Below, piece after piece: positions 20,281-30,161 of a DNA stretch of 64,000 nucleotides. The translations under genes were made by a program, and so were the position numbers. The stretch comes from Promethearchaeota archaeon (GTDB taxonomy: Archaea > Asgardarchaeota > Heimdallarchaeia > Hodarchaeales > Hodarchaeaceae), in NCBI GenBank assembly GCA_048938105.1, contig JBHLMN010000004.1, positions 192,001-256,000 of the forward strand. Reading direction: 5' to 3'. The notes below the pieces were generated by a model. That model was given only the letters and a program-made list of their open reading frames with translations. It had not been told where the DNA came from and did not search any database. How positions within the stretch are numbered: position 1 is the first letter of the stretch; every line of letters begins with the position of its first letter.

Positions 20281-20628
20281 GTGGTTAATTTTTGTGAAAA
20301 TTGTGGCAATCTATTAATTCCTAGGCAAAAAAAACGAATGAAAAAGGGATATGTTCATTTGTACTGTAATTATTGTAAAAAGGGAATTGATAAAGAATTC
20401 AAAGAAACTTCATATCTAGTTATAACTAGAATCCCACATAATGAAAAAGAACGAACTCATGTGATAGATAAAGTCTTTAGTATATTTCCAAAAGTACGAA
20501 ATATTTGCCCAAGATGTGGTTATGCTGAATCTGAATATTGGGAAGCAGGGGATCGTCGAAAAGATGAATGGGAGTCTATAACTTACTATCAATGCCTGCA
20601 ATGTAAGTGGATCTGGTTTGAATCATAA
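20281..20628 (+). CDS. TFS / RpoM (RPB9-like) double zinc-ribbon protein, atypical
   Basis: FCENCGNLL..CNYC and CPRCG..CLQCKWIWFE. Hairpin reads GDRRKDEWESITYY rather than QTRxxDEPxTxFY. Confidence 0.85.
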   Translation: MVNFCENCGNLLIPRQKKRMKKGYVHLYCNYCKKGIDKEFKETSYLVITRIPHNEKERTHVIDKVFSIFPKVRNICPRCGYAESEYWEAGDRRKDEWESITYYQCLQCKWIWFES

Positions 20629-20675
20629 AAATTCCTGGTTATGAACTAAACTGAATATTATTACTCTGTGATTAT

Positions 20676-21047
20676 ATGGTTAATCTATTTATTTATGGTT
20701 CTTTCATGAGAGGACATATAAATCATAAATATCTAAAAGGATATTCTTGCTGTAAAGCCATTTTACGTGGTTACAGAAGAAGTTGGCCAAGAGCTAAAGA
20801 TACAGCGATACTTGTTAAGAATAATGTGAGTTCTATAACAGGAGAATTGTATTGGAATATAACTAATAAAGATTTAGAAAAAATTGATCATTTACATGGA
20901 ACACCTCACAATTATACCCATAAAAATGTAGAAGTAATACTTCTAGAGAATAAGAAACCTGTTTCTGCGATTATATACGCTCCTACTGATGATATAATAA
21001 AACAATGGTTATTAATAGAAAAAAAAGAACAAATAGTTAAAGATTAA
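20676..21047 (+). CDS. Gamma-glutamylcyclotransferase / AIG2-like family protein
   Basis: LFIYGSFMRG, ITGELY, IDHLHG. Confidence 0.85.
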   Translation: MVNLFIYGSFMRGHINHKYLKGYSCCKAILRGYRRSWPRAKDTAILVKNNVSSITGELYWNITNKDLEKIDHLHGTPHNYTHKNVEVILLENKKPVSAIIYAPTDDIIKQWLLIEKKEQIVKD

Positions 21048-21165
21048 TGAATTCCTTTTAATTCGATTAGAAAATATGTAAGAAAGTCAATGTTAATACA
21101 TTTTATGAATATATCCTTAAATAATAAGGCAAGAAGATATTTTTCATATAATAAAATTTGAAAAT

Positions 21166-21203
21166 TAAGTTATTAAATAAAGAATAAGTTATTAAATGAA
21201 GAA
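21166..21203. repeat. 19-bp tandem direct repeat (2 copies, 1 mismatch)
   Basis: TAAGTTATTAAATAAAGAA / TAAGTTATTAAATGAAGAA. Confidence 0.8.
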
Positions 21204-21327
21204 TTAGAATTAAACGAAACTAATCCTAAGACATGTTGATAAAAAATCAACTAAGTTAATTTCAACTAAAATAATCTTATCTTGGATATGCATCTTCAAA
21301 TATTAAATCGCTTCAGGAGGAATCTTT

Positions 21328-21516
21328 ATGAGTGAGAAAATCCGTAAAGAAATAGAAAAATTAGAAAATCAGGCTAAAAAATTAGATTCAGAGGTAATTC
21401 AAAAGCAGAAAGAAGTAGAAAAAATCAGAAAAAGAATCGCGGCAATGAAAATAGAAATGAAAAAGAAAATTGCAGAAGAAAAAGAAAAAGCTCTGAAAAA
21501 GATAGAAAAGAAATAA
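21328..21516 (+). CDS. Small Lys/Glu-rich coiled-coil protein
   Basis: Strong SD AGGAGG upstream; heptad-like K/E-rich sequence. Confidence 0.75.
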   Translation: MSEKIRKEIEKLENQAKKLDSEVIQKQKEVEKIRKRIAAMKIEMKKKIAEEKEKALKKIEKK

Positions 21517-21579
21517 TAATAGATTGATAAGGGGAGCTTTTTTGTACAAGGGAATATAAATGTGGAGAACCTCATTAGC

Positions 21580-22398
21580 CTAATGGAATCGTGATACGAT
21601 CTCGTTACGAAAATCTCTGATATTCTGAATAAGAATTTTTGCGTTGTGTGTAGTAACAATGATCTTGAATTGCATACGATAATCCAGTGAGTATAAGAAG
21701 AATTCTGGTTTATAACCAAAGATTCCTGTATAGATATCACATATCTCTTGAAGAGCATATTTTGTTTTTTCTAAATCCCCCAATGGTGCTCCCCAATTAA
21801 AAGAATATCTTATAACTTTCTCCTCTTTAAATAAACGAGCGATTTCCTTTAAGCCAAGGGCGCGAATTTCCTTCGATCCAAGTCTTCGTTTAATCTCATG
21901 TTCATAATTCATAATATTACTTCTGAGAAATATTCTGTTAGGAATATGGTGGAAAGAGTCATTTATAGTTCTAATTTTGGTATAATTAAGTGATATCTCA
22001 ACAACTTCCCCCTTGATGTCTGGTCGAATCGAAATGAAATCTCCAACTCCAAAGGGGTGAGTCATAAGTAGATATATACCCGCTAAAAAATTACTAATCC
22101 ATTGGACTGATCCAAAAGATATAATAGCTCCTAAGATCGCTGATAACCCAAAAGCAGACTCTAATGAAACATCAAAAAGAACCAAGAATATATAAAAACA
22201 TACAGTTATGGCACTTAGTCTTATTAGGATTTTTAAACCGTTAATCACATCTTGTGGAATGTACTCAATTTTTTTAACTTTATATGCCATTATTAACTGT
22301 AGTATCCACTGAATGAGAAAAACAACGATTATAGCAACCACAAATAATATAATCTTAAATTCTAGTGTCAAAAATAGTTCCATTTGAAATGCTGCCAT
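21580..22398 (-). CDS. mscS: MscS-family mechanosensitive channel
   Basis: ISNFLAGIYLLMTHPFGVGDFI...GEVVEISLNYTKIRT...IPN. Confidence 0.88.
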   Translation of the reverse strand: MAAFQMELFLTLEFKIILFVVAIIVVFLIQWILQLIMAYKVKKIEYIPQDVINGLKILIRLSAITVCFYIFLVLFDVSLESAFGLSAILGAIISFGSVQWISNFLAGIYLLMTHPFGVGDFISIRPDIKGEVVEISLNYTKIRTINDSFHHIPNRIFLRSNIMNYEHEIKRRLGSKEIRALGLKEIARLFKEEKVIRYSFNWGAPLGDLEKTKYALQEICDIYTGIFGYKPEFFLYSLDYRMQFKIIVTTHNAKILIQNIRDFRNEIVSRFH

Positions 22399-22400
22399 TT

Positions 22401-23297
22401 CTATTCTCCCTGTTGAAGCTCACTAAAAACTGATTTCGTAATAGATTCAGTGAAATACTTCCAAGTATTGAAAATTGTATATCCATTTAGAGCTGTAATT
22501 ATGAAAAACAGTTCTTGACGAAAATCATATTTACCAAAATAATAGCTGGGTTTAAAGCCAAAAATTGGGGTGAATTCTTCACAAACTTTTTCTAAACGTT
22601 CTTTCACGGTTTTAATAGGAATTGGTGGATTTAATAAGTCCAATCTTAATTCCATTTTAAATTGGTACCTTACTACTTCCTTTGTGGGTATATTGGTGGG
22701 ATAGGAATCAGGAATTATGTCTTTGAAAGTATAAGGTAATTCTCTTTTCTGATCTCCCTTCCGTAATCGAACATTGAAATTTAAAATAGAAGAGGTCATT
22801 AAATTACTGTTAGGTATTATCACTTTTGTTTTATCAATTCGAATAATTTTAGTGTAATTCAACCCAATCTCTTCTACTATTCCCTCTACTTTTTGAATTT
22901 TTATAAAATCACCAACATGAAATGGTCGCGTAATAATGATATAAAGTCCACCAATAATGTTTGAAGCAACTGAAGTGGAAGCAACCCCTAACGCAGCAGC
23001 GATGATTGCTGTTGTTCCTATTATGAATTCATCAGGAACTCCCAGTATTGGTAGAGTACTTAGGATGTATAATACAATCAAAATAATTTGACCAATACCG
23101 ACAAGTAAAATAGCCCCATTTTTAGTTTCAGGATGATCTGCAGCCCAATATCTGATTAATAATTTTAAAAAATATCCAACAATCCAAATCAATATTATAA
23201 AGGCTAATGCTGATAGTATTAAAACTAAGAACTCTGAAGAGTCATTGTTCACAGTGAGGGGACTTAATAGATCATCTATCAATTCTTTTATCATCAT
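22401..23297 (-). CDS. mscS: MscS-family mechanosensitive channel
   Basis: ASNIIGGLYIIITRPFHVGDFIKIQKVEGIVEEIGLNYTKI...IIPNS. Confidence 0.9.
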   Translation of the reverse strand: MMIKELIDDLLSPLTVNNDSSEFLVLILSALAFIILIWIVGYFLKLLIRYWAADHPETKNGAILLVGIGQIILIVLYILSTLPILGVPDEFIIGTTAIIAAALGVASTSVASNIIGGLYIIITRPFHVGDFIKIQKVEGIVEEIGLNYTKIIRIDKTKVIIPNSNLMTSSILNFNVRLRKGDQKRELPYTFKDIIPDSYPTNIPTKEVVRYQFKMELRLDLLNPPIPIKTVKERLEKVCEEFTPIFGFKPSYYFGKYDFRQELFFIITALNGYTIFNTWKYFTESITKSVFSELQQGE

Positions 23298-23787
23298 TGA
23301 ACCCTATATCTACCTAGATCTTATAGAAATGATTTTTGGTTAAACTCTTAAAATCTTATTTATTTCATGCATGTATTTTTTAGAAGCTCTAAACCATCTA
23401 GTCAAATCATTGTTTAGATAGACTGTAATTGATTCATATAGTAAAGGTAGTTGTAAAATTATTTCTCATATGAAAATTAATAATGAGAGTTTAATACCAC
23501 TGATTCCTAGATAATATTTTTTTTTTAAATTCGTCTTATGGGTACTCTCATTTATCTCCTCTATTTTCTGAATTCTTAACTTGATCTGGTTAACTCATTT
23601 ATTGATCCAATATACCAGATGTGAAACTTAGGCAAAGAATTACTTACTTAGATAAAAGATATAGTTAAAGTGGGGTGATCCTTATAAAACCTTAATGGGC
23701 ATTAGTTTTTGAAGGTTCAAAGGTTAATTCTCTTTTTGCTATCCAGTAGAATAATGAATTTTTTATCATTTAGGAGATTGAAAAATA

Positions 23788-25164
23788 ATGGACCTAACCC
23801 AAGAAACAGAACAACAAATAACTCCCCCCTCAGTGAAGATTCGTCGTCCGTTTAAGGAATTTTTAAAAACAGAGGAATTTAGTGGGATTTTATTAATTCT
23901 ATGTACAATTTTGGCGCTATTAGCCGCAAATTCTCTATTGTCTCATGATTATTTTGAATTATGGGAAACTGACTTTTCAATCTCAATAAGTAGTTTTACT
24001 TTATCTAAACCCCTTCATCTATGGATAAACGATGGATTAATGGCTTTATTCTTCTTTGTTGTGGGTTTAGAGATCAAAAGAGAAGTTCTTGTAGGAGAAT
24101 TAAGATCACTTAAAAAAGCACTTCTACCAGTATCAGCAGCAATAGGGGGAATGATCGTACCAGCCATGATTTACATTATCATTAATATTAACAATCCAAG
24201 TGGAGCAAGGGGGTGGGGAATTTCAATGGCAACGGATATTGCGTTCGTCATTGGTGTCATGGCTTTATTAGGGACTAAAATTCCTTTTTCTTTGAAAGTT
24301 TTTCTAACGAGTCTAGCTATTGTTGATGATATCGGTGCCGTATTGATTATAGCATTATTCTATTCTCAGAGCATTGAATTGATCTTTTTGGTAGTTGCAG
24401 GTTCTCTTTTAGTAGGATTATTCTTCATTAATAAGTTAGGAATCCAGAATCACATAGTTTATGCAATAATCGGACTTATACTATGGTATTTTATCTTTCT
24501 AAGTGGTCTCCATGCAACAATTGCAGGGATATTGGTCGCTCTAGCGATTCCTGCAAGAACAAAAATAAACCCTGATGAGTTTATCGCAGAAGGCCAAAGG
24601 ATATTAGAAAGATTTAAGGCAGCTGGGCCTCGTGAGAGAGAAATTCTTCTTAATCGACAGCATCTTGCAGCATTAAAGACACTTGAGATATCTTGCTTAA
24701 ATGTACAAACCCCTCTTCAACGATTTGAACGAGGTCTTCACTATTGGGTTGCTTTTGCAATCATACCTCTCTTTATCTTTGCTAATGCTGGAATAGCTAT
24801 AGAATTAATCAATCTTGATATGTTTTTTCAACCAATAACCTTAGGAATAATTATGGGATTGGTATTTGGAAAACAAATAGGTATTTTTCTTTTTTCTTGG
24901 ATTTCTGTAAAGATTGGTTTGACTGAATTACCTTCTGGATTGACATGGGGACATGTTTACGGGGGCGCATGGTTAGGAGGGATTGGATTTACAATGTCCT
25001 TATTCATCTCGAGTCTTGCATTGATTGACCCAGGAAATCTTGTTATGGCAAAGATAGGAATCATTGTCGGTTCACTAATTTCTGGTATTATTGGGTATTT
25101 AATTTTAAGATATATTCACCTGAGAACTCAAGACTTATACAAGGAAATTTCTGAGAATATCTAG
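23788..25164 (+). CDS. nhaA: Na+/H+ antiporter NhaA
   Basis: WINDGLMALFFFVVGLEIKRE, ATDIAF, LAIVDDIGAV, GIGFTMSLFI. Confidence 0.97.
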   Translation: MDLTQETEQQITPPSVKIRRPFKEFLKTEEFSGILLILCTILALLAANSLLSHDYFELWETDFSISISSFTLSKPLHLWINDGLMALFFFVVGLEIKREVLVGELRSLKKALLPVSAAIGGMIVPAMIYIIININNPSGARGWGISMATDIAFVIGVMALLGTKIPFSLKVFLTSLAIVDDIGAVLIIALFYSQSIELIFLVVAGSLLVGLFFINKLGIQNHIVYAIIGLILWYFIFLSGLHATIAGILVALAIPARTKINPDEFIAEGQRILERFKAAGPREREILLNRQHLAALKTLEISCLNVQTPLQRFERGLHYWVAFAIIPLFIFANAGIAIELINLDMFFQPITLGIIMGLVFGKQIGIFLFSWISVKIGLTELPSGLTWGHVYGGAWLGGIGFTMSLFISSLALIDPGNLVMAKIGIIVGSLISGIIGYLILRYIHLRTQDLYKEISENI

Positions 25165-25206
25165 CTTATAATGCACTTCTCTTCTCCTCTTCTAACTGTG
25201 ATAGCA

Positions 25207-26994
25207 TTAGAATCTATTTATCAAGTAAAGTGTTGTTGTGATTGCATCTTCAAGATAATTAAATTCACGCATAAGTTGAGTGATCAAACAATTATACTCA
25301 AAACTGTTTAAATCAAGATTTGTGAGGTCTTCTAAGACACGATATACTCTAGGTAGAGGTTTAGCTAAAATACTGTATCCATAGGGGTCATGACTGTATT
25401 TTCCTGTTGCACTCCTAAATGCTGGGTTCAAGTGTCTTCCTAAAGATAACAACATTTTATTCAATTTATTAATTACAACTTTTTCTTTTTCACTCAGTTC
25501 TTCTCGAGTTTTCTCTGAATATTCTTTTGCTAAGCTATTGATTATTTCAGCTTTATTTTGAAAGAATTCTATTTTTCTCAGGATTGTATTTAATCTATCC
25601 TCTCTTGGGATTTCTCTATAATTTGTCTTAATTTCTTTTATTTCATTGATTATTTGTGTAGCAAAAGCTTCGTAATCCCAGGGAATTATGGAGTTATTCA
25701 AGAGTCTGATGATATATTCAAGATGGAGTTCAGCTTGAAGTCTTAATATTTCCTCATCCACTTTATCAAGAGTGTCTTCTTCACTGTGATACCACCAACC
25801 AAATAATGCATGGCCCAGTTTTTCCATTTCCTTTGGATCATATGTTGCGAATGTAAAGATGTAAGGAATACCAATCCCGATGAAGGAGTTGTCGCCAATC
25901 TTTAGCGGAAGTCTTTTTTCAGATTCTTTACCTAATATATCCTTTTCAACTTCTCCTAAGAATCTCCAAGTCTCTGGGGAAGAATATGAGATAAAGTGAC
26001 TTGTTCCTATCATGCCAAATCCATCAAAATTCACATAAGCTAAACCTCGTTCATTGAGCTCACTCCAATAATTATCAACAAACCAACCTGAACCTGCTGC
26101 TTCTCCTATTTCATGTCCATCCCAAAAAGCCATTAAGACTTCTCTATTTATGGTTTTTCTCTCCTTTGACAAGATTTTAGCTATTTCAAGCATAACAGCA
26201 TTTCCAGTTGAATTATCAGTCACAGTTCCTCCCCAAGATTCTAAGTGCCCTCCTATGACCAAAATCTCATTGAATTCTCTTTTTGGAGGAATTATCCTAC
26301 ATATTGGTTGATTAGACATCACCCACTTATCTTCTACCCTGCACTTTACGTTTACAATCACTTTATTTTTATTAAGTAGCAGCTTCAAAATCCCTGCATC
26401 TTTCTTCGAAATATTGACAGAGGGGATTCTAGGAATGCGATTTATATCATCCAACGTTAAGGGTCCCCACACATGCTTTATAGCCCCTCTACCAACAATT
26501 TTATTCTCAGGATGGCCCCAATTTGCTAGTATAATAGCAATAGCACCTTTGTCACGTGCAAGCCAGGCTTTTTCTGGTCTAGGGGGAGCATAGGATAAAT
26601 CAGCAAGAACTATGTTGTCCTTGACTTGTACCCCTTCATATTCTTCTTTTCCCCCTCTTTCAACGTATATTAATTCTCCATCTAATCCTTCTGGAGATGT
26701 ATTCTGGCTATAAAGATTAGGAAAGCTGGGTAGACTTTTTTCAATAGGTGAGAGGATGTTGACTTCAGATTCCACTGGATAACTGGTATAAATTGGAAAT
26801 TTGTCAATCCAAGTCTCAATATCTTGAATATCCTCTAAAAAACCCGTTATGAATAAACAGGCTTCTTTAATTTGATCCGTACCTGCGATCCGATTCTTAT
26901 AGCTAGATAACTCTTTGACAGATGTCATTATACTTTTAAGATCAATTATATGTTTATTTAACTTATTTGTGGAGGGATCCATTAAAATCACCAT
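25207..26994 (-). CDS. M28 family metallopeptidase with PA domain
   Basis: PA domain (GELIYVERG...IPSVNIS), GGHLESW..TDNSTG, WDGHEIG, YHSEEDT. Confidence 0.85.
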   Translation of the reverse strand: MVILMDPSTNKLNKHIIDLKSIMTSVKELSSYKNRIAGTDQIKEACLFITGFLEDIQDIETWIDKFPIYTSYPVESEVNILSPIEKSLPSFPNLYSQNTSPEGLDGELIYVERGGKEEYEGVQVKDNIVLADLSYAPPRPEKAWLARDKGAIAIILANWGHPENKIVGRGAIKHVWGPLTLDDINRIPRIPSVNISKKDAGILKLLLNKNKVIVNVKCRVEDKWVMSNQPICRIIPPKREFNEILVIGGHLESWGGTVTDNSTGNAVMLEIAKILSKERKTINREVLMAFWDGHEIGEAAGSGWFVDNYWSELNERGLAYVNFDGFGMIGTSHFISYSSPETWRFLGEVEKDILGKESEKRLPLKIGDNSFIGIGIPYIFTFATYDPKEMEKLGHALFGWWYHSEEDTLDKVDEEILRLQAELHLEYIIRLLNNSIIPWDYEAFATQIINEIKEIKTNYREIPREDRLNTILRKIEFFQNKAEIINSLAKEYSEKTREELSEKEKVVINKLNKMLLSLGRHLNPAFRSATGKYSHDPYGYSILAKPLPRVYRVLEDLTNLDLNSFEYNCLITQLMREFNYLEDAITTTLYLINRF

Positions 26995-27016
26995 GAGTAA
27001 AAGGATGAGAGCGCTT

Positions 27017-28297
27017 TCATACTGGAGGTTCTGCTAGTGGATAGATATCTGAGGTGTTAGCTATCCCAGCAATCGTGTAAAAACCCGTTCCATTCCAATC
27101 CGACCAATAATTACCCTGTTGTAGTTCCAAATTGTACCAGTAATTAGAAGTTCCATTATCAGAAGCCTGTGAGAATCCATTTGGATTATTCTCTATAAAC
27201 GAGTTATGGAAAATTGTATTAGATATTGCTATTTCATAAGCAGAAAGAATATTGATTCCATATGCAAGATTATTTGTAATGGAATTATTAAATATCTGAC
27301 AATATGCTGAACCAAGAGTATAGATACCTTGGTAACATTTGGAGATGGTACAATTGGTGATAGTACAATTATTACATGTATCTAGGATGATACCTGAACT
27401 GTACCAACCTGGCCAAGTGGCCGTGTTATTAACGCAGATATTGTTTGATATTCTTGAAAAATTTGAACCACCTATATTTATACATACATCTTCGTTGTCA
27501 ACACAAGTATTGTCAATAATATTCGAGAAGTGGGAGTTGGTACAACAAATTGCTTCAGAATTATGAAAAAGGAAATTATTTTTAATTATTGACAAATCAG
27601 AAAAGTCTAGAATAATACCTCGATGGTGTCCTGAAATGATATTATTTGATAAAAAGCATTTTTTCGAATTTACAATTACTATTCCCTCGTAACCAGCTTC
27701 AGAAATGAGATTATTCGAGATATTGACCTCTGGAGAGGAAAAAATTGTGATACCAGCATGGGGACCTGTTTCCCATACCCGACAATCGTTATAAGTAATA
27801 TTGTTACCAAAGATTTTTGCTGTTCCAGGTGCAACATTTTCGATATTAATTCCTTCATAACAAATTTCTATGGTACATTTAGTGATTACAAAGTGTTTAG
27901 TAGTGTTATGAATCGAAAAACTATAAAATTGACCTGTGAGAGTATAATTAGAGAGGATATACGGATCATCTATTGTTCCTGTCCCAGAAGTACTATACTT
28001 GATAAAATCAGCATCAGAATGAATTTCAATGCCTGATCCTAGTGGTGGCCCAAAAAGAGATACTAAAAAAAATGAACCTATTAAAATTATGGATATGAAA
28101 ATGACGCAAATTATTACTATTCCCCCTATAATGATCAACCATGGACGATAAGATGGTGAGAGCTTTTTTACGGACATTCTTTGTGTAGGAGGAATTTGTT
28201 TCTGAACGGAGCTTGCTAAATTCGATCCACAATAGGTGCAGAATTTAGGTGTTTTCTGTGTTTCTAATTCTTTTCCACAAAAAGGACATTGAACCAT
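27017..28297 (-). CDS. Zinc-ribbon + TM + right-handed beta-helix (NosD/CASH-like) protein
   Basis: CPFCG..FCTYCG, one TM, Asn-ladder repeats (ISNNLIS, IFNNSITNN), GNYWSDW..DIYPL. Confidence 0.85.
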   Translation of the reverse strand: MVQCPFCGKELETQKTPKFCTYCGSNLASSVQKQIPPTQRMSVKKLSPSYRPWLIIIGGIVIICVIFISIILIGSFFLVSLFGPPLGSGIEIHSDADFIKYSTSGTGTIDDPYILSNYTLTGQFYSFSIHNTTKHFVITKCTIEICYEGINIENVAPGTAKIFGNNITYNDCRVWETGPHAGITIFSSPEVNISNNLISEAGYEGIVIVNSKKCFLSNNIISGHHRGIILDFSDLSIIKNNFLFHNSEAICCTNSHFSNIIDNTCVDNEDVCINIGGSNFSRISNNICVNNTATWPGWYSSGIILDTCNNCTITNCTISKCYQGIYTLGSAYCQIFNNSITNNLAYGINILSAYEIAISNTIFHNSFIENNPNGFSQASDNGTSNYWYNLELQQGNYWSDWNGTGFYTIAGIANTSDIYPLAEPPV

Positions 28298-28405
28298 TCA
28301 TTATCTCTCTATAAATTTCTTGATTTCCAATGGAATTTCATTCATTTATGTAGTTTATCATCATCAAAACCACTCTCTCATTTCTCTTTATTTCTACTAC
28401 CAATA

Positions 28406-29152
28406 CTATTTCTTGTTCAGAGGACAGGCTCTTAGGCATTCAAAACAACGATAGCTGGAATGATCATCAATACCAACAGTATTCATGATTGTCTCAAAAT
28501 CAACCGTTCTTCGTAATTCTTTGTCTTTAAGTACATGAGTCATTAATGGATTCGTATTTCCATTCCGAATGCATAAATTATGATCGACTTTACCAGTTTT
28601 ATTAATAGCTCGAACAGGACACGCGTCTATACATTCAAAGCAATCTATAGGACAAAGTTCCCCTTGAATTTTCTTAGAGGGTTTTAAGGACGCTGAGGTA
28701 ATTAATCCTCCTAGAAGAATTCGTGTACCGTATTTAGGATGGCCCAATAATCCACTCTTCGTCAGTTTACCTAAACCAGCCTTTTCAGCCCAAGACACAA
28801 GGGGTAACAATCCCCTGAATTCACGATCGATGATTTTCCAAGGATAACAGGAATAGACAGGAGTGGATATGTAACCACTATTTTCTAAAAATAAGCACAA
28901 AGAGTTTGTAATAGCATCAATTGATCTGTACATCATATTACAATAACGCCAATATAGGAGAGATTCATTAAATTCAGAGTAAATAACACCCCTAGGTATT
29001 GGGACTGCGTAACATATAACTGATTTTGCATTTCTTAATAGCTTCTGAGGAGAAAAGTCTTTAACAATGTTATCCGTTGATGCAAAGCCAATCAGATGGA
29101 TTCCATGTTGTTGGAGAAATTTTGAGATTTTTCTGGGATCATAGTCATTCAT
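28406..29152 (-). CDS. Epoxyqueuosine reductase (QueG)/reductive dehalogenase-like 4Fe-4S protein
   Basis: AEKAGLG, HPKYGTRILLG, CPIDCFECIDACPVRAI, CFECLRACP. Confidence 0.8.
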   Translation of the reverse strand: MNDYDPRKISKFLQQHGIHLIGFASTDNIVKDFSPQKLLRNAKSVICYAVPIPRGVIYSEFNESLLYWRYCNMMYRSIDAITNSLCLFLENSGYISTPVYSCYPWKIIDREFRGLLPLVSWAEKAGLGKLTKSGLLGHPKYGTRILLGGLITSASLKPSKKIQGELCPIDCFECIDACPVRAINKTGKVDHNLCIRNGNTNPLMTHVLKDKELRRTVDFETIMNTVGIDDHSSYRCFECLRACPLNKK

Positions 29153-29250
29153 AATGAATCACATTGATAATTTTTTTAGTTAGATTGATTCTTTCAGCAG
29201 CAAAAAAAGAGATCGGAAATAAATAATAAAATTCTTTTGTTGGATTTTAT

Positions 29251-30078
29251 ATGACACTTAAGAATTCGGATTCGTTAATTGAGTTTCTTGAAAAGAATGC
29301 TTCACCAAGAGACGTATTACGACTTCATTCTGCAATGGGAGATGATTCAGCTAAAGTAGAGTTATTCAATCAATATCGTGAGCTCCAATTACCCTCGGGA
29401 GCTTTTTCTTTCAGATTTTGGAAAGGAAATCCTCCATCATTAATGCACTCCTATCGGGCATATCACCTCTTAAAAGAATTAGAAGATGTGAAATTGACTC
29501 ATGAGTCAATTATTAAATTAGAACTTTTTTTAGAGAACTCCCAAAGGACGAATGGATCATGGATTGAAGATAATCGATTATTGGAGATTCCTGATCTTCC
29601 ACCATGGATGAATCCTAAAAATAAGAATACAGAGATTTTAACTACAGCTTATTGTTGTACAATCATGATTATTGAAGATCCTTCCTCCATGGTTACTCAA
29701 AAAGCTCTGAAATATCTGAATGAATATCGTAATTATGATGGATCATTTATGGGTTTTCCTCACACCACTTGGATTGCAGGTGCTGCTTTTCTGGGTTATT
29801 ATGGGACATTTAATGTCACTGGCCGTGAAATGATTTCTGTAATTGATGATTTACTGGATCAATCCCATCCTGGTTCTATTATTCAATGGATCACATCTTC
29901 ATTATTGCTATTCGGATTTAAACCTCAAACTCTACCTGTATTATCTCGAGCATTAGATCTTCTCGAGAAAAGTCAACAATCAGATGGATTCTGGAGTTCC
30001 GAGGATGAGGGCCGTCAAATAGAGACTACTGTGGATTGTTTAATTACCCTACATAAAGCACAAAGAATCAATTGGTGA
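29251..30078 (+). CDS. Prenyltransferase/squalene-cyclase (QW-repeat, alpha/alpha barrel) protein
   Basis: Repeated QxxxGxW/F motifs: QLPSGAF, QRTNGSW, RNYDGSF, QQSDGFW. Confidence 0.75.
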   Translation: MTLKNSDSLIEFLEKNASPRDVLRLHSAMGDDSAKVELFNQYRELQLPSGAFSFRFWKGNPPSLMHSYRAYHLLKELEDVKLTHESIIKLELFLENSQRTNGSWIEDNRLLEIPDLPPWMNPKNKNTEILTTAYCCTIMIIEDPSSMVTQKALKYLNEYRNYDGSFMGFPHTTWIAGAAFLGYYGTFNVTGREMISVIDDLLDQSHPGSIIQWITSSLLLFGFKPQTLPVLSRALDLLEKSQQSDGFWSSEDEGRQIETTVDCLITLHKAQRINW

Positions 30079-30161
30079 ACCATGGCTTTGTTCTAAACTA
30101 TAGACATAATTAAATTTGTCCGAAAATTAGCGAGATAAATCTACATTGAACTGTAGAGTGA

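Noticed and set aside
21166-21203. CRISPR array
   Set aside because: Only two abutting copies, no spacers and no cas genes.
23298-23787. Fluoride or Na+ riboswitch upstream of nhaA
   Set aside because: No consensus motif recognised by eye.
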